Source: an uncultured Ruficoccus sp. (GTDB lineage: Bacteria > Verrucomicrobiota > Verrucomicrobiia > Opitutales > Cerasicoccaceae). Taken from it: DNA of 64,000 bases. The stretch covers positions 1 to 64,000 of the forward strand of contig OZ223505.1 in assembly GCA_965140785.1 (NCBI GenBank), in the 5' to 3' direction. Made by a program: the position numbers and the translations under genes. Shown here piece by piece: positions 1-9,759 of the stretch; the stretch's first letter is position 1; each line of letters begins with the position of its first letter. The notes below the pieces were generated by a model that was not told where the DNA came from, made no database searches, and saw only the letters and a list, made by a program, of their open reading frames with translations.

Positions 1-215
1 GGTTGATCCGCCAGCTTGCCAAGTTATGTTGGATAGCTTCATTTTTCAGCAGACGAAGGGATCTTATTAGATCGATGCAGGGCGCTGGCCGGGGGTATGT
101 GAACGGTGCGTTTGGCAATTATTATCTTTTAGACGCAGGAGCGGGAAGGGTTCAATTACTTCGAGATTAGTGAGATGGATTCTATTAATCGAGCTCTAAC
201 AGGCCGCCCCCCCGC

Positions 216-1436
216 TCAGGACTTGCCGGGCGGGCCGGTGTCTGTCGCGGCGGGCGGGGTGTCCTCGTCCTCGGTGTAGGTGCCGGAGCGGTCCGGCTCA
301 TTGGGGCTATCGACGGCGTGCTGGAGCTTGTCGCGATAGGCCTCGGGGCCTTCCTCGAAGCCGGCCCGCAGGTCGGTGTTGTTTTCGAGTCCGTTGCGGA
401 TGCTCTCGCCGTAGGCGTTCTTGAAGGCGTTGATCACGGCGGTGCCCGCGCCCACGTCGGGCTCCTCGTACTCGCCGGTGATGGGCACGAGCGTGGCGAA
501 GCGGTCGATCGAGCTCTGCTCGGTCAGCCAGACAAAGAGCCCGACCAGGTTCTCCCAGGTGAAGAGCACCAGCCCGTCCTCATCCTCCTGTACGTCATTT
601 TCATAGCGGGCCACGACGAGGTCGGTCAGGATCAGCTTGAGGTAACCGCGAATCTGGTTGTGCTTGACCGCCAACTCGGCGGCCACCTCCGCGCCGCCCT
701 CCTCGAAATCGAAATCCGCGTAGGCGCGGGTCAGCGGGTTGAGCCGGACCACATCGAGGTTGCGGATGCGCAGGTCCGCGTCGAAGAGCGGCTCACGCGC
801 CATCGGGTCGAGCGCGAGGTGAAACTCGAAGGGCGCCTGCTGCACGAACATCGCGGTGCCGTCCAGTGTGCCCATGGTCTGGCCGGGGACGTCGGGGGCG
901 TTGGCCAGGTTTTTTGCCACCAGGTTGACCTCGGTGATGCCCAGCTCCTGGGGGATCTCGCCCTGGGTGTTGCGGAGGGTGATGATGCCGTCCCTCACCT
1001 CGCCGCGCTCCAGCTCGAAGGGGGTGAGGTCCTTGATCGCCTGCAACCACTGCCCGCCTTCGCCGGCCTGGCTCTCGGTCTCGTCACTGCCGTGGATGAA
1101 GATGACGCGCGGGCGCACCATCTCCACCTCCCCGGCCAGCCGCCCGTTGAACAGCGCCGCCCAGAGCAGGTTAAAGTTCACCTCCTCGGCCTCGAAAAAC
1201 GGCGTCACCTCCTGGCCGTCCATCTTGTCGATCTCGACGTCGCGCAAGTAGTAGCCCCCAGCGAAAAGCTCCAGCTCCAGACCGCCAATGTGGCCGCGGT
1301 AGCCCGGCAGGCGGCGGTCGAGGGTGTCGTTGACATAGTGCAGCAGGATGGTGTCCAGCAGCAGGTAAAGCCCGATCAGCAGCGCGGCTACCCCTGCCAG
1401 CACGATCCCGGTCACTCGCCATTTTTTCCCAGCCAT
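216..1436 (-). CDS. DUF748/AsmA-like membrane-anchored protein
   Basis: 406-aa ORF with an N-terminal TM anchor, a beta-rich body, an 'LNPLTRAYADFDFEEG' segment and an acidic tail, as in DUF748 proteins. Confidence 0.65.
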   Translation of the reverse strand: MAGKKWRVTGIVLAGVAALLIGLYLLLDTILLHYVNDTLDRRLPGYRGHIGGLELELFAGGYYLRDVEIDKMDGQEVTPFFEAEEVNFNLLWAALFNGRLAGEVEMVRPRVIFIHGSDETESQAGEGGQWLQAIKDLTPFELERGEVRDGIITLRNTQGEIPQELGITEVNLVAKNLANAPDVPGQTMGTLDGTAMFVQQAPFEFHLALDPMAREPLFDADLRIRNLDVVRLNPLTRAYADFDFEEGGAEVAAELAVKHNQIRGYLKLILTDLVVARYENDVQEDEDGLVLFTWENLVGLFVWLTEQSSIDRFATLVPITGEYEEPDVGAGTAVINAFKNAYGESIRNGLENNTDLRAGFEEGPEAYRDKLQHAVDSPNEPDRSGTYTEDEDTPPAATDTGPPGKS

Positions 1437-1520
1437 TCCCCCTCAGTGAAGCCGGAAACCCGCGCAGGTCAAAGCCGGCCGGGAGATTCGGGCGGGTCGG
1501 TGCGGACGAAGTGGGGGAGT

Positions 1521-2396
1521 TTACCGGGTAAAAGCCGCCTTTTGCAGGAGCTTGACCTTGTCGAAGCCGTTGAGCTTGGGGCGGGCGCTGACCGTGTCGT
1601 AGTCGCGCGAGATGATTTTATCCAAAATCGTCTGGCCGCCGAGCCAGGTCAGGCGGATCTCCATGCTCAGGGGGAAGGGCAGGTGGCGGCTGAGCACGCG
1701 TCCCTCCTTGAACATCGCGTAGGTGCGGTCCACCTGTAGCTTGAGGCAGCGGCGGAACTCCTCGCTCGCGGGCGGCTGGGCGAACATCGCCTCGGTTACC
1801 CCAAAGCTGGCCCAGTCCTCCTGCGGTACGTAGATGCGCCCGTCCTTTTTGATGTCCACGCTCACGTCCTGCCAGAAGTTGGCCAGTTGGAGGGCGGAGC
1901 AGATTTTGTCCGACCAGGCGAAGTTCTGCTCGCTGGCATGGCCGTGGAGGATGAGCACGAGGCGGCCCACCGGGTCGGCGCTGCGGCGCGAGTAGTCGAG
2001 CACCTCGGCGAAGCTGGCGTAGCGCAGCTTGACGCAGTCCTGCTTAAAAGCGCTCAGCAGGTCGCGGAAAAGCTGCACCGGGGCGCCGGTTTTCTCCATC
2101 GTGTCGGCCAGGGCGAGGAAAATCCAGGCGTACTGCTCGCTCACGGCGCGTCCGTTGGCGGCGTTCTCAAGCTGCTCTTCGTAGGCGTCGAGCGCGGCCA
2201 CGCGCTCGGTCGGGGTGGGGCTGCCGGCCTCGCCCCAGCCCTCGTCGGCCAGGTCGTCCGCCGTCCGGGCGAAGGCGTACACCGCGCTCACGTAGGGGCG
2301 GATGCTCTTGGGCACGAGCCGGGCCACGGGAAAGTTTTCGTAGTGCTCCCGGGTCAGGTCGTGGCAGCGTGCGTAGGATTCCTCAACCGTCATCAT
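1521..2396 (-). CDS. hpnC: Squalene synthase HpnC (squalene/phytoene synthase family)
   Basis: HYENFPV, YAFARTADDLADEG, YSRRSADPVGRLVL and LQLANFWQDV motifs. Confidence 0.9.
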   Translation of the reverse strand: MMTVEESYARCHDLTREHYENFPVARLVPKSIRPYVSAVYAFARTADDLADEGWGEAGSPTPTERVAALDAYEEQLENAANGRAVSEQYAWIFLALADTMEKTGAPVQLFRDLLSAFKQDCVKLRYASFAEVLDYSRRSADPVGRLVLILHGHASEQNFAWSDKICSALQLANFWQDVSVDIKKDGRIYVPQEDWASFGVTEAMFAQPPASEEFRRCLKLQVDRTYAMFKEGRVLSRHLPFPLSMEIRLTWLGGQTILDKIISRDYDTVSARPKLNGFDKVKLLQKAAFTR

Positions 2397-2462
2397 CTCA
2401 AACCTCCCAGCAAAACCCTCCCGCCCCTCCGGCGCAAGCTCCGGGTTGCCACCGTTTTTGCC

Positions 2463-2492
2463 GGGCCGGGCCGCGGGCGTGGGGGGGGGGGG
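2463..2492 (+). repeat. G-rich tract ending in a G12 homopolymer (G-quadruplex-type pattern)
   Basis: gggccgggccgcgggcgtgggggggggggg in the hpnC/devB divergent intergenic region. Confidence 0.7.
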
Positions 2493-2566
2493 CGCAAAAG
2501 CGGGCAGAGTTCACCCCCTTGCCAAAACGTGTTGAAGTCTGGGCACGGATAGACATATTGCGCCCT

Positions 2567-3805
2567 ATGATGCGAATTTCCCCTTGGCGTAACCCCTTGG
2601 CGTTGCGCTCGCTAGTGCTTTTGCTTTCCCTCAGTGCCGCCTCCTGGGCGCAGGCCCAGTCCGGGCAGCGGCAGATCGCCGCCCTGGGCAAGATCGTCCC
2701 CGGCGAAGGCATGGTCAACGTGGCCGCCCCCGCCGGCGAGACCGGCCAGCCCATCGTGGCCGAGCTGAAAGTCGCCGCCGGTGACACGGTGAAAAAAGGC
2801 GACCCGCTGGCGGTGCTGACCACGAAGCCCCTGCTGGAGGCCGCCGTGGCCGCCGCGCAGAAGCAGGCCGCCGCCGCGCAGGAGAAGGCCACAGCCGCCC
2901 AGGCCGGAGTTGCGGTCGCGCAAAAGCAGACGGCGGTGTTCGAGAGCCAGCTCGCCTCGCTCGATGCGCGTGTCTCCGCCGCGCAGAAGGAGGCCTCTGC
3001 CGCGCAGGTCGGGGTCGATCAGGCGCAGAAGGCCGTGGCCCGCGCCGAGGCCGAGTACCAGGCTGCCGTTGACCGCCTGCAAGGCGAGATCGACGAGCAC
3101 TCCCGCCTGATCAAGGAGTGGGACCCCGGCACCAAGGACCGGGTTCAGATCCAGTCTCAGCAGCGTATCCTGGCTTTGGAAATCAAGAAACTCGCCGCGA
3201 CCAAGACCGCTCAGGACAACGAATTGAAGTCCGCCTACACCGCCGCGCAGGCTCAGGCCGATGCCGCCGCCGCGCAGGTGGATGTGGTCGCCTCCGGCAA
3301 ACAGTCGATCCTCGACCAGCAGGCCATCGCCGAGGAGCAGGTCGCCCAGGCCCAGGCCCAGGCTGCAGCCGCGCAGGCCCAGGCGGATGCCGCCCAGGCG
3401 CAGGTGGCTCAGGCCCAGGCCCGGCTCGCCCAGGCCACGGTCGTCTCCCCGCTCGACGGCGTGGTTATTTCCATCAATGCCCGCCCCGGCGAGGCGGTGG
3501 CGCTTGGCGGAGTCGCTTCGCTCGCCGACACCACGAGCATGTACGTCGAGGCTGAGGTTTACGTGGACGACGTCTCGCGGGTCAAGGTCGGCCAGAGCGC
3601 GACGATTTCCGGCCAGCCGCTGGGCAAGGAACTGACCGGCAAGGTGGACCGTGTGGGCATGCAGGTCGCCTCCAACGCCATCTTCAGCCGCGACCCGACC
3701 GCCTACGCCGACCAGCGCGTGGTCACGGTGCGGGTCAAGCTCGACGACCCCGCGGCGGTGCGCTCGATCATCGGCGCGCAGGTCACGGTCAAGATCAAGC
3801 CCTGA
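2567..3805 (+). CDS. HlyD-family membrane fusion protein, DevB-like
   Basis: Signal peptide, 'ALGKIVPGEG', lipoyl-like halves, long Ala/Gln coiled coil and 'DQRVVTVRVKL'. Start set at ATG 2567 rather than the ORF-track 2369. Confidence 0.85.
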   Translation: MMRISPWRNPLALRSLVLLLSLSAASWAQAQSGQRQIAALGKIVPGEGMVNVAAPAGETGQPIVAELKVAAGDTVKKGDPLAVLTTKPLLEAAVAAAQKQAAAAQEKATAAQAGVAVAQKQTAVFESQLASLDARVSAAQKEASAAQVGVDQAQKAVARAEAEYQAAVDRLQGEIDEHSRLIKEWDPGTKDRVQIQSQQRILALEIKKLAATKTAQDNELKSAYTAAQAQADAAAAQVDVVASGKQSILDQQAIAEEQVAQAQAQAAAAQAQADAAQAQVAQAQARLAQATVVSPLDGVVISINARPGEAVALGGVASLADTTSMYVEAEVYVDDVSRVKVGQSATISGQPLGKELTGKVDRVGMQVASNAIFSRDPTAYADQRVVTVRVKLDDPAAVRSIIGAQVTVKIKP

Positions 3806-3819
3806 TGGATGTTCTTTTT

Positions 3820-3993
3820 AACCGCAAAGTGCGCGAAGAACGCAAAGTGGATTTTCCCTTGTTGGCTCCCGCTGCGTCTTCGGTTTGTCGTATCGATCCC
3901 TGTTTTTAAATGTATGATCCCAGTGAAGATAAGAAGACCCGGTGTGTTCGTTTCCGACGGGATCGCTTCGCGTCCTTCGCGCTCTTTGCGGTT
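3820..3993. repeat. Periodic inverted-arm element A (arms 3820-3847 / 3966-3993)
   Basis: aaccgcaaagtgcgcgaagaacgcaaag ... cttcgcgtccttcgcgctctttgcggtt; 25/28 complementary. Confidence 0.85.
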
Positions 3994-4047
3994 GCACTCT
4001 TTCTTCCCGGTTGGGATCGATAACGGCGTTTCCGCCGGACACCTCTC

Positions 4048-5220
4048 ATGATTTTAAACAAACTTATGCCGCTGGGCATTCCGCTGGCCTGGCTCAACCT
4101 GATCAAGGAGAAGAAGCGCTTCTTCGCGGCGGTGGCGGGCATCACCTTCGCCGTGACGATGATGATGTTCCAGATGGGGCTCAACTCCGCGCTCTTCAAG
4201 CAGGTCGTCGGCCCGCACGCACGGATGGCCGCGGACATCTTCATGGTCAGCAGCCAGTACGAGTACCTCGGCGTGAGCAAGGGCTTCCCGCAGCGCCGGC
4301 TCATTCAGGCCGAGGGCGAGCCGCAGGTGGAGCAGGTCGTGCCGCTCTACGTCGGCAGCCTGCCCATGCTCAACACCGCCAAGCGCACCACGCGCGAGGT
4401 CTTTATCATGGCCTGGGACCCGGCGGTGCAGGCCTGGGCCGATCCGGATATCGAGAGCCAGCGCTGGAAGCTCAAGCGCGACGGCGTGGTGCTCTACGAC
4501 CGGCTTTCGCGGCCCGAGCTGGGGCCCTTTGTGCAGGAGGTCGAGGAGACGGGCGAAGCCGTGACCGAGGTGGCCAACAAGCGCATCACCATCGAGGGCC
4601 TTTTTTCGATTTCCCCGACCTTTGTGGCCGACGGCAACATGCTCGCCAGCACCGAGACCTTTCTGCCCCTGTGGCCCGGCGGTGACCCCTCCGTGGTCAG
4701 CCTCGGCCTGGTCCGCGTGAAGCCCGGGGCCGATCCTGCCACCGTGGCCCAGTCCCTCAGCGACTACCTGCCCGATGATGTGCGCGTGTACACCCGGCAG
4801 GCCTTTCTCGACTACGAGATGGAGTACTGGCGCGAACGCACGCCGATCGGCTTTGTCATCACCGCGTCGATGGCGGTGGCGTTGATCGTGGGCGCGGTCA
4901 TCGTGTATCAGATCCTCTATACAGACGTGAACGACCATTTAGAGGAGTACGCCACGCTCAAGTCCATCGGCTTCCGCGACAGCTATTTTACGAGCGTCAT
5001 TTTGCAGGAGTCGGTTATCCTGAGCGTTTTCGGGTTTATACCGGGGACGCTTTTTACGTGGGGGCTGTTTTACTTCACCCGCCACATCGCGCACATGGCG
5101 ACGTACCTTGACCTGACCAACTGCGCCATCATCTTCGGGCTGACGCTGTTCATGTGCCTGGCTGCCGGCGGCCTGGCCACCCGCAAACTCCGCCACGCCA
5201 ACCCGGCCGAAATCTTTTAA
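4048..5220 (+). CDS. devC: ABC transporter permease, DevC family
   Basis: IPLAWLNL...RFFAAVAGITFA, 'VIVYQILYTDVNDHLEEYATLKSIG' and C-terminal 'KLRHANPAEIF'. Confidence 0.9.
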   Translation: MILNKLMPLGIPLAWLNLIKEKKRFFAAVAGITFAVTMMMFQMGLNSALFKQVVGPHARMAADIFMVSSQYEYLGVSKGFPQRRLIQAEGEPQVEQVVPLYVGSLPMLNTAKRTTREVFIMAWDPAVQAWADPDIESQRWKLKRDGVVLYDRLSRPELGPFVQEVEETGEAVTEVANKRITIEGLFSISPTFVADGNMLASTETFLPLWPGGDPSVVSLGLVRVKPGADPATVAQSLSDYLPDDVRVYTRQAFLDYEMEYWRERTPIGFVITASMAVALIVGAVIVYQILYTDVNDHLEEYATLKSIGFRDSYFTSVILQESVILSVFGFIPGTLFTWGLFYFTRHIAHMATYLDLTNCAIIFGLTLFMCLAAGGLATRKLRHANPAEIF

Positions 5221-5226
5221 CCGACC

Positions 5227-5931
5227 ATGAGCGCAAAGCCCATTATCCGCGTCAAAGACCTGCACTACTCCTTCCGCGAAGGCGAGGGGATGAAGGAGGT
5301 CCTGCACGGCGTCTCGGCGGACTTTTACCCCGGCGAAATCGTCATCATCATGGGCCCCTCGGGCTCCGGAAAGACCACCTTCCTGAAACTCCTGGGCGGC
5401 CTGCGCACGGTGCAAAAGGGTAGTATCGAGATCGACGGCCAGCGGCTCGAGGAAGGCCGCAAGGAGGACCTCGTGCAGGTGCGCCGCAAGATCGGGTTCA
5501 TCTTCCAGAACCACCACCTGATCGCCTCCCTCTCGGTCTGGCAGAACGTCATGATGCCCCTGTCCTTCAACCCGAAGGAGACGGCCCGCACGGCCCGCCC
5601 GCAGGCGCTCGACATCCTGAATCAGGTCGGGCTCTCCGAGCACGTGGAGAAGAAACCCTCCCAGCTCTCCGGCGGGCAGAAGCAGCGCGTGGCCATCGCC
5701 CGCGCCCTCGTGCACCATCCGCGTATCGTCCTGGCGGATGAGCCGACCGCCTCGCTCGACGGCAAGACCGGCCGCGAAGTCGTGGACCACATCCACCGCC
5801 TGGCCAAGCAGTCCGGCGCGACCATCCTGCTCGTCACCCACGACAGCCGCATCCTCGACGTGGCCGACCGCATCATCGAGCTGGAGGACGGCATCCTCAA
5901 CCCGGACCCGCCCGCCGCCGGGCAGACCTGA
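5227..5931 (+). CDS. devA: ABC transporter ATP-binding protein, DevA family
   Basis: Walker [36 protein letters not shown]. Confidence 0.88.
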   Translation: MSAKPIIRVKDLHYSFREGEGMKEVLHGVSADFYPGEIVIIMGPSGSGKTTFLKLLGGLRTVQKGSIEIDGQRLEEGRKEDLVQVRRKIGFIFQNHHLIASLSVWQNVMMPLSFNPKETARTARPQALDILNQVGLSEHVEKKPSQLSGGQKQRVAIARALVHHPRIVLADEPTASLDGKTGREVVDHIHRLAKQSGATILLVTHDSRILDVADRIIELEDGILNPDPPAAGQT

Positions 5932-6133
5932 GCGAACTCGCTCCCGGAGGCCGCAGGAAGGCCCGTGCGGCGTGAAGGAAGGTATACCTGCTCACTGGGC
6001 AGGTCGCTCCCGCGCCTGTCTATGGATGCTCCTTATGATAATTTAGCTTATCATTAGAAGATGGACTTATAGGGCGTCTGAGCCAGACTTTTTATTGTCA
6101 TGGGGTCGGCTTGGCCCGGATAGTGGTCGCGTT

Positions 6134-7411
6134 ATGCGTATGCGTTTGTCCATTAGACGCTTGGAGTTATTTACTAGTGTTTTAAATTACGCCGAATCAC
6201 GGTTGTTGGGGCTCGCTGTTGCCGCCGGGGTGTTGTGTTTGGCCAGTGCCGGGGCGCAGGCCGCTGTGGTGACGGAGGGCGCCATTTATCCCAACGCCAA
6301 TGACTCTTTTTGGACGACGGGCGGGAGCGAGTTCTATCCGGCCATTATTGGTGATGGTGGCGACGGTTCGGTGTCGATGGATGGCGGCAGTACGCTGGTG
6401 AATATCCAGACGCGCGTTGGAAATACTGTTGGACATCATGGGGAGCTTGAACTCACAGGCAGCGGTACGACCTGGACGACCAACGGCGAGCAATATTTTG
6501 GGTACTCAGGCTCAGCCGAGGTGTCCATTACCGATGGAGCCCAGGTCTCCGGAGGTGCTACAACAGTCGCTAATAATTCACAGTCCACCGCAACCGTTCT
6601 GGTCAGGGGCAGTGGCTCTCAGTTGTCAGCCAGCAGCCTGGTGGTCGGTAATAACGGGACCGGCACCCTGAATGTCACCGATGGGGGAAAGGTGGTGACG
6701 AGCGGAGATTTTACGGTCCAGGGTGGCACCGGAACGGGCACCGTGAACCTCGGGATCTCCAGTAACGCTGTGTTGGCGCAAATCGGCGGCACGCTGACCA
6801 ATAACGGCACGATCAACGCCTATGCGCTGGGTAACCTTGCCGCCGGGAATATCACGCTGGCCACCGCTTCCGGGCTGACGGGCGACGGTGATCTCAACGG
6901 CTGGGGCGGTTCCCTTGCGGATAATTCCGCGATCTTTACGGTCAGCGAATACACTGCCTACGTCGGGCCCATCACCGGCACGAACCTGAACGCGGCGCGT
7001 GTCAACATCGACGACGGCGACCTGATCGTTTCCTTTGCCGACAACGCCGGCACGGGGGACTTTTCGGTCTCGGAAGTGGTCGTCCCCGAGCCCAGCGGTT
7101 ATGATTACTTTGAGGCGGCCCAGATTGACATGACGGGTCTGACAAACAGCTCGGTCATCCTCTCCGTACTGATGGACCAGAATATCAACCCGGAGACCAT
7201 CACCGCCTGGATGCTGGTCGCCGGCGAGTGGGAGGCCATCGACGAGGACTCCACCCTGACCACCTACGAGCAGGATTATTATAGTTTTCTCGTGGATGAG
7301 GGGGGCGTTTACGCCGTCACTGGCAACGCCGTGCCCGAGCCGGGCCACTACGCCGCCCTCATTGGGCTCCTCGTGCTGGCGGGCGTGGTGATTCGCCGTC
7401 GTCGCCGCTAA
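6134..7411 (+). CDS. PEP-CTERM surface protein with Gly/Thr-rich beta-repeats (T5SS/PEP-CTERM-associated repeat-like)
   Basis: Signal peptide ending AQA, 'VGNNGTGTLNVTDGG' repeats and C-terminal VPEP+TM+RRRRR. Start uncertain (6134 or 6140). Confidence 0.85.
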   Translation: MRMRLSIRRLELFTSVLNYAESRLLGLAVAAGVLCLASAGAQAAVVTEGAIYPNANDSFWTTGGSEFYPAIIGDGGDGSVSMDGGSTLVNIQTRVGNTVGHHGELELTGSGTTWTTNGEQYFGYSGSAEVSITDGAQVSGGATTVANNSQSTATVLVRGSGSQLSASSLVVGNNGTGTLNVTDGGKVVTSGDFTVQGGTGTGTVNLGISSNAVLAQIGGTLTNNGTINAYALGNLAAGNITLATASGLTGDGDLNGWGGSLADNSAIFTVSEYTAYVGPITGTNLNAARVNIDDGDLIVSFADNAGTGDFSVSEVVVPEPSGYDYFEAAQIDMTGLTNSSVILSVLMDQNINPETITAWMLVAGEWEAIDEDSTLTTYEQDYYSFLVDEGGVYAVTGNAVPEPGHYAALIGLLVLAGVVIRRRRR

Positions 7412-7450
7412 GGGGGCCGAGCCTTTGGGGCTCACCCGGATTTCTTCAGG

Positions 7451-7488
7451 AGAAGCGCCGTGTCAGCCGACCGGCGCTTCTTTTTTTC
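7451..7488 (+). terminator. Intrinsic terminator
   Basis: agaagcgccg...cggcgcttct followed by a T run. Confidence 0.75.
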
Positions 7489-7564
7489 TGCAAAATTGCC
7501 TGTAAAATCCGGCAAAAGCACGTATGGTTTTTTATTCTCTTAACCATAAACCTGTCAGACTCTT

Positions 7565-7942
7565 ATGAAAAAGACCCTCGGACTCTCCCTGTTGACTTTC
7601 GTCTCCCTGTTCTTCCTGGCCGGCTGCGGCACGACCAGCTCGAACGTCGATTACAAGTCCCAGCGCATCGCCTATTCGGACCCGGTCCTGCAAAAGGAGG
7701 TCAAAGTCGATCTGGTGGACGGTAAGATCAAGGACAATATCGTCCTGCAGGCCAACATCACCAACACGACCAGCAAGCCGATCTCCATCAGCTACCGGGT
7801 CGAGTGGTTCAACCTCAACGGCCTGCTCATCAACTCGCCCGAAACCCAGAAGCTCCAGATCGCTCCCGGCGACATCGGCTTTGTCAAGGCCGAGCAGCCC
7901 GACCCGCTGGCCGTGTACCCGCGCATCGTCCTGGGCAAGTAA
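7565..7942 (+). CDS. YcfL/DUF1425-like lipoprotein
   Basis: Lipobox LAGC and 'ISYRVEWFNLNG' motif. Confidence 0.75.
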   Translation: MKKTLGLSLLTFVSLFFLAGCGTTSSNVDYKSQRIAYSDPVLQKEVKVDLVDGKIKDNIVLQANITNTTSKPISISYRVEWFNLNGLLINSPETQKLQIAPGDIGFVKAEQPDPLAVYPRIVLGK

Positions 7943-8042
7943 AGCTCCGCTGATCTTTCGCGCTCGCGGCTCGGGGTGTTCCTCCGTTTCAACGGGCGCC
8001 AGCGAGAACAGAGTTTCCGGCGGGGCTCCCGCCGTCCTCAAG

Positions 8043-8078
8043 AAATCCCCCGGCTGTCCGCTGCGGGGATTTTTTTTG
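8043..8078 (+). terminator. Probable terminator between convergent genes
   Basis: aaatcccc...ggggattt stem plus T run. Confidence 0.6.
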
Positions 8079-8135
8079 TGGGCGCAATGTCGGTGCGCGT
8101 CAACGATGACCACTGGCGAAGAGAGCGAAAGTGCT

Positions 8136-8786
8136 CTATTCGTAGATGTTCGCCCCACGACGCTTGGTGTAGCTGAAGCCCTCGTTTTCGATCATGATCA
8201 TCTCGAGCGTATCGCTCAGGTGGCCCCAGTCTTCAGCGACTTCGTCGATTTCGCCCAGTGTGGTGAGCTGGCGCTCGCGCCAGGCGTAGTAGGCGTGTCC
8301 GAATACATTGCCGATGAAGCCGCCGACGGCGGCCCCGGCCCCAAGCACGAGGAACAGGAATGGACCTGCCCCGAATTTCATACCGGCCAGGGCGAGAGGA
8401 AAGCCGAGCAGAAACCCGAAAATGATCCTCAGGCACCAGACGATGGCGTTGTTGGTTTCGACGGTGGCATCCAGGGCCAGGTTGCGGTGGGCGGCTTCGA
8501 GACTGAGCGTGTAGTAGTTGCGCGGGCCGCCGGGGCCGTAGGCGGTGTTCATGCCGAAGTTCGTCTCGATCCGCAGTTCGCCGCTACCTTTGCGGATGCG
8601 GTAGGTGTGGTTACCGGGCGAGTCGCTCATGTGCTCGATGGCGTAGGCGGGCTGGATCTGAAAAGTCTGCCGGACGTAGTCCTCGATCAGTTCGCAGTGA
8701 AAGAGCGCCTTTTTGCGGGCGCTGTCCCGGTTATCCTCCGGGAAATCCAGGCTGCGGATGATCTTTTCCTCGGTGGCGGTGGACAT
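8136..8786 (-). CDS. Hypothetical membrane protein (2 TM)
   Basis: 216-aa ORF with two hydrophobic helices; no family recognised. Confidence 0.65.
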   Translation of the reverse strand: MSTATEEKIIRSLDFPEDNRDSARKKALFHCELIEDYVRQTFQIQPAYAIEHMSDSPGNHTYRIRKGSGELRIETNFGMNTAYGPGGPRNYYTLSLEAAHRNLALDATVETNNAIVWCLRIIFGFLLGFPLALAGMKFGAGPFLFLVLGAGAAVGGFIGNVFGHAYYAWRERQLTTLGEIDEVAEDWGHLSDTLEMIMIENEGFSYTKRRGANIYE

Positions 8787-8957
8787 GGCGGATGGCGGGA
8801 TGCCGAATAATAGGGCTCAAGCGCTTTTTATATCAAGCGAATATGCCGTGTGCGGGCACCTCCTGGATCCCGATGCATCGTCCATTCGGGGGTCGCAATA
8901 CGCAGTTGACGAACGCTGTTAAAGAAGCGATTTTCGTCCTCTGTTCTTTTTACAATT

Positions 8958-9330
8958 TCAGGGGTGAGCTCTTGCGGCTCGGCGCTTGCGCCGGGTCGAG
9001 GAAAGTCCGGACACCATAGGGCAGGATTCCCGGTGAAAGCCGGGGCGGGGCGGCGTGAGCCAGCCTCGACGGATCAGTGCCACAGAAAATATACCGCCTT
9101 GCGCCTCGGCGCGGGGTAAGGGTGAAAAGGTGGGGTAAGAGCCCACCGCCGCTTGCGGGCAACCGCGCGGGCAGGGTAAACCCAATCCGGTGCAAGACAG
9201 TGTAGGGGACCGGGCGGCCCGTCCATACGGTCCCGGGTAGGTCGCATCCCTTCGGGGAGACGCGCTTGCGCGTCAGATAAATGAGGGCACCCGCTTCGGC
9301 GGGAACAGAATCCGGCTTATGATCCCCTGA
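8958..9330 (+). ncRNA. rnpB: RNase P RNA, type A
   Basis: GAGGAAAGTCCGG, CAGTGCCACAGAAA, GGGTGAAAAGGTGGGGTAAGAGCCCACC, GGTAAACCC and ACAGAATCCGGCTTA; ends pair (tcagggg/cccctga). Confidence 0.97.
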
Positions 9331-9340
9331 TCTTTTTCCG

Positions 9341-9368
9341 TTGACAGGGGAGGACAGACACGTAATTT
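9341..9368 (+). promoter_or_regulatory. Putative sigma-70 promoter of rpsT
   Basis: TTGACA-16 nt-TAATTT. Confidence 0.45.
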
Positions 9369-9403
9369 CCTCCCCTTTTTCTTTTCCCAAACCAGAATTT
9401 TCA

Positions 9404-9655
9404 ATGGCCAACACCAAACAAGCCCAGAAGTACATCCGTCAGACCAAGGTGCGCACCGAGCGCAACCGCAATGAGAGCAGCCGCCTCAAGAGCCTGGCCA
9501 AGAAGGCCCGTGCCGCCGAAGGTGAAGACGCTGCCAAGATCGCCAGCGAGTATGCTTCCGCTCTCGACAAGGCCGCCAAGCGCGGTGTGATCCACCCGAA
9601 CAAGGCCGCCCGTCAGAAGTCGGCTCTCTCGGGCAAGATCTTCGCCAAGGCCTAA
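9404..9655 (+). CDS. rpsT: 30S ribosomal protein S20
   Basis: MANTKQAQKYIRQ...LDKAAKRGVIHPNKAARQKS. Confidence 0.97.
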   Translation: MANTKQAQKYIRQTKVRTERNRNESSRLKSLAKKARAAEGEDAAKIASEYASALDKAAKRGVIHPNKAARQKSALSGKIFAKA

Positions 9656-9680
9656 CTCTCTGACGGCCGAAAGCTTTTTA

Positions 9681-9715
9681 GACCTCCGTTCCCGCCGGAA
9701 CGGGGGTTTTTGTTT
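9681..9715 (+). terminator. Intrinsic terminator after rpsT
   Basis: gacctccgttcc-cgcc-ggaacgggggtt plus T run. Confidence 0.8.
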
Positions 9716-9759
9716 GCACGGCCCGGCTTCCCCGCGATCAATAACCCCGGATTTTGTTC

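Noticed and set aside
3240..3435. Repetitive gcccag/gcgcag DNA in devB
   Set aside because: Explained by the Ala/Gln coiled-coil coding sequence.
7082..7093. Internal VPEP in the first PEP-CTERM protein
   Set aside because: Not followed by a TM helix and basic tail, so probably coincidental.
8950..9435. ORFs overlapping 8950-9435
   Set aside because: The region is the RNase P RNA gene plus the rpsT promoter and start.
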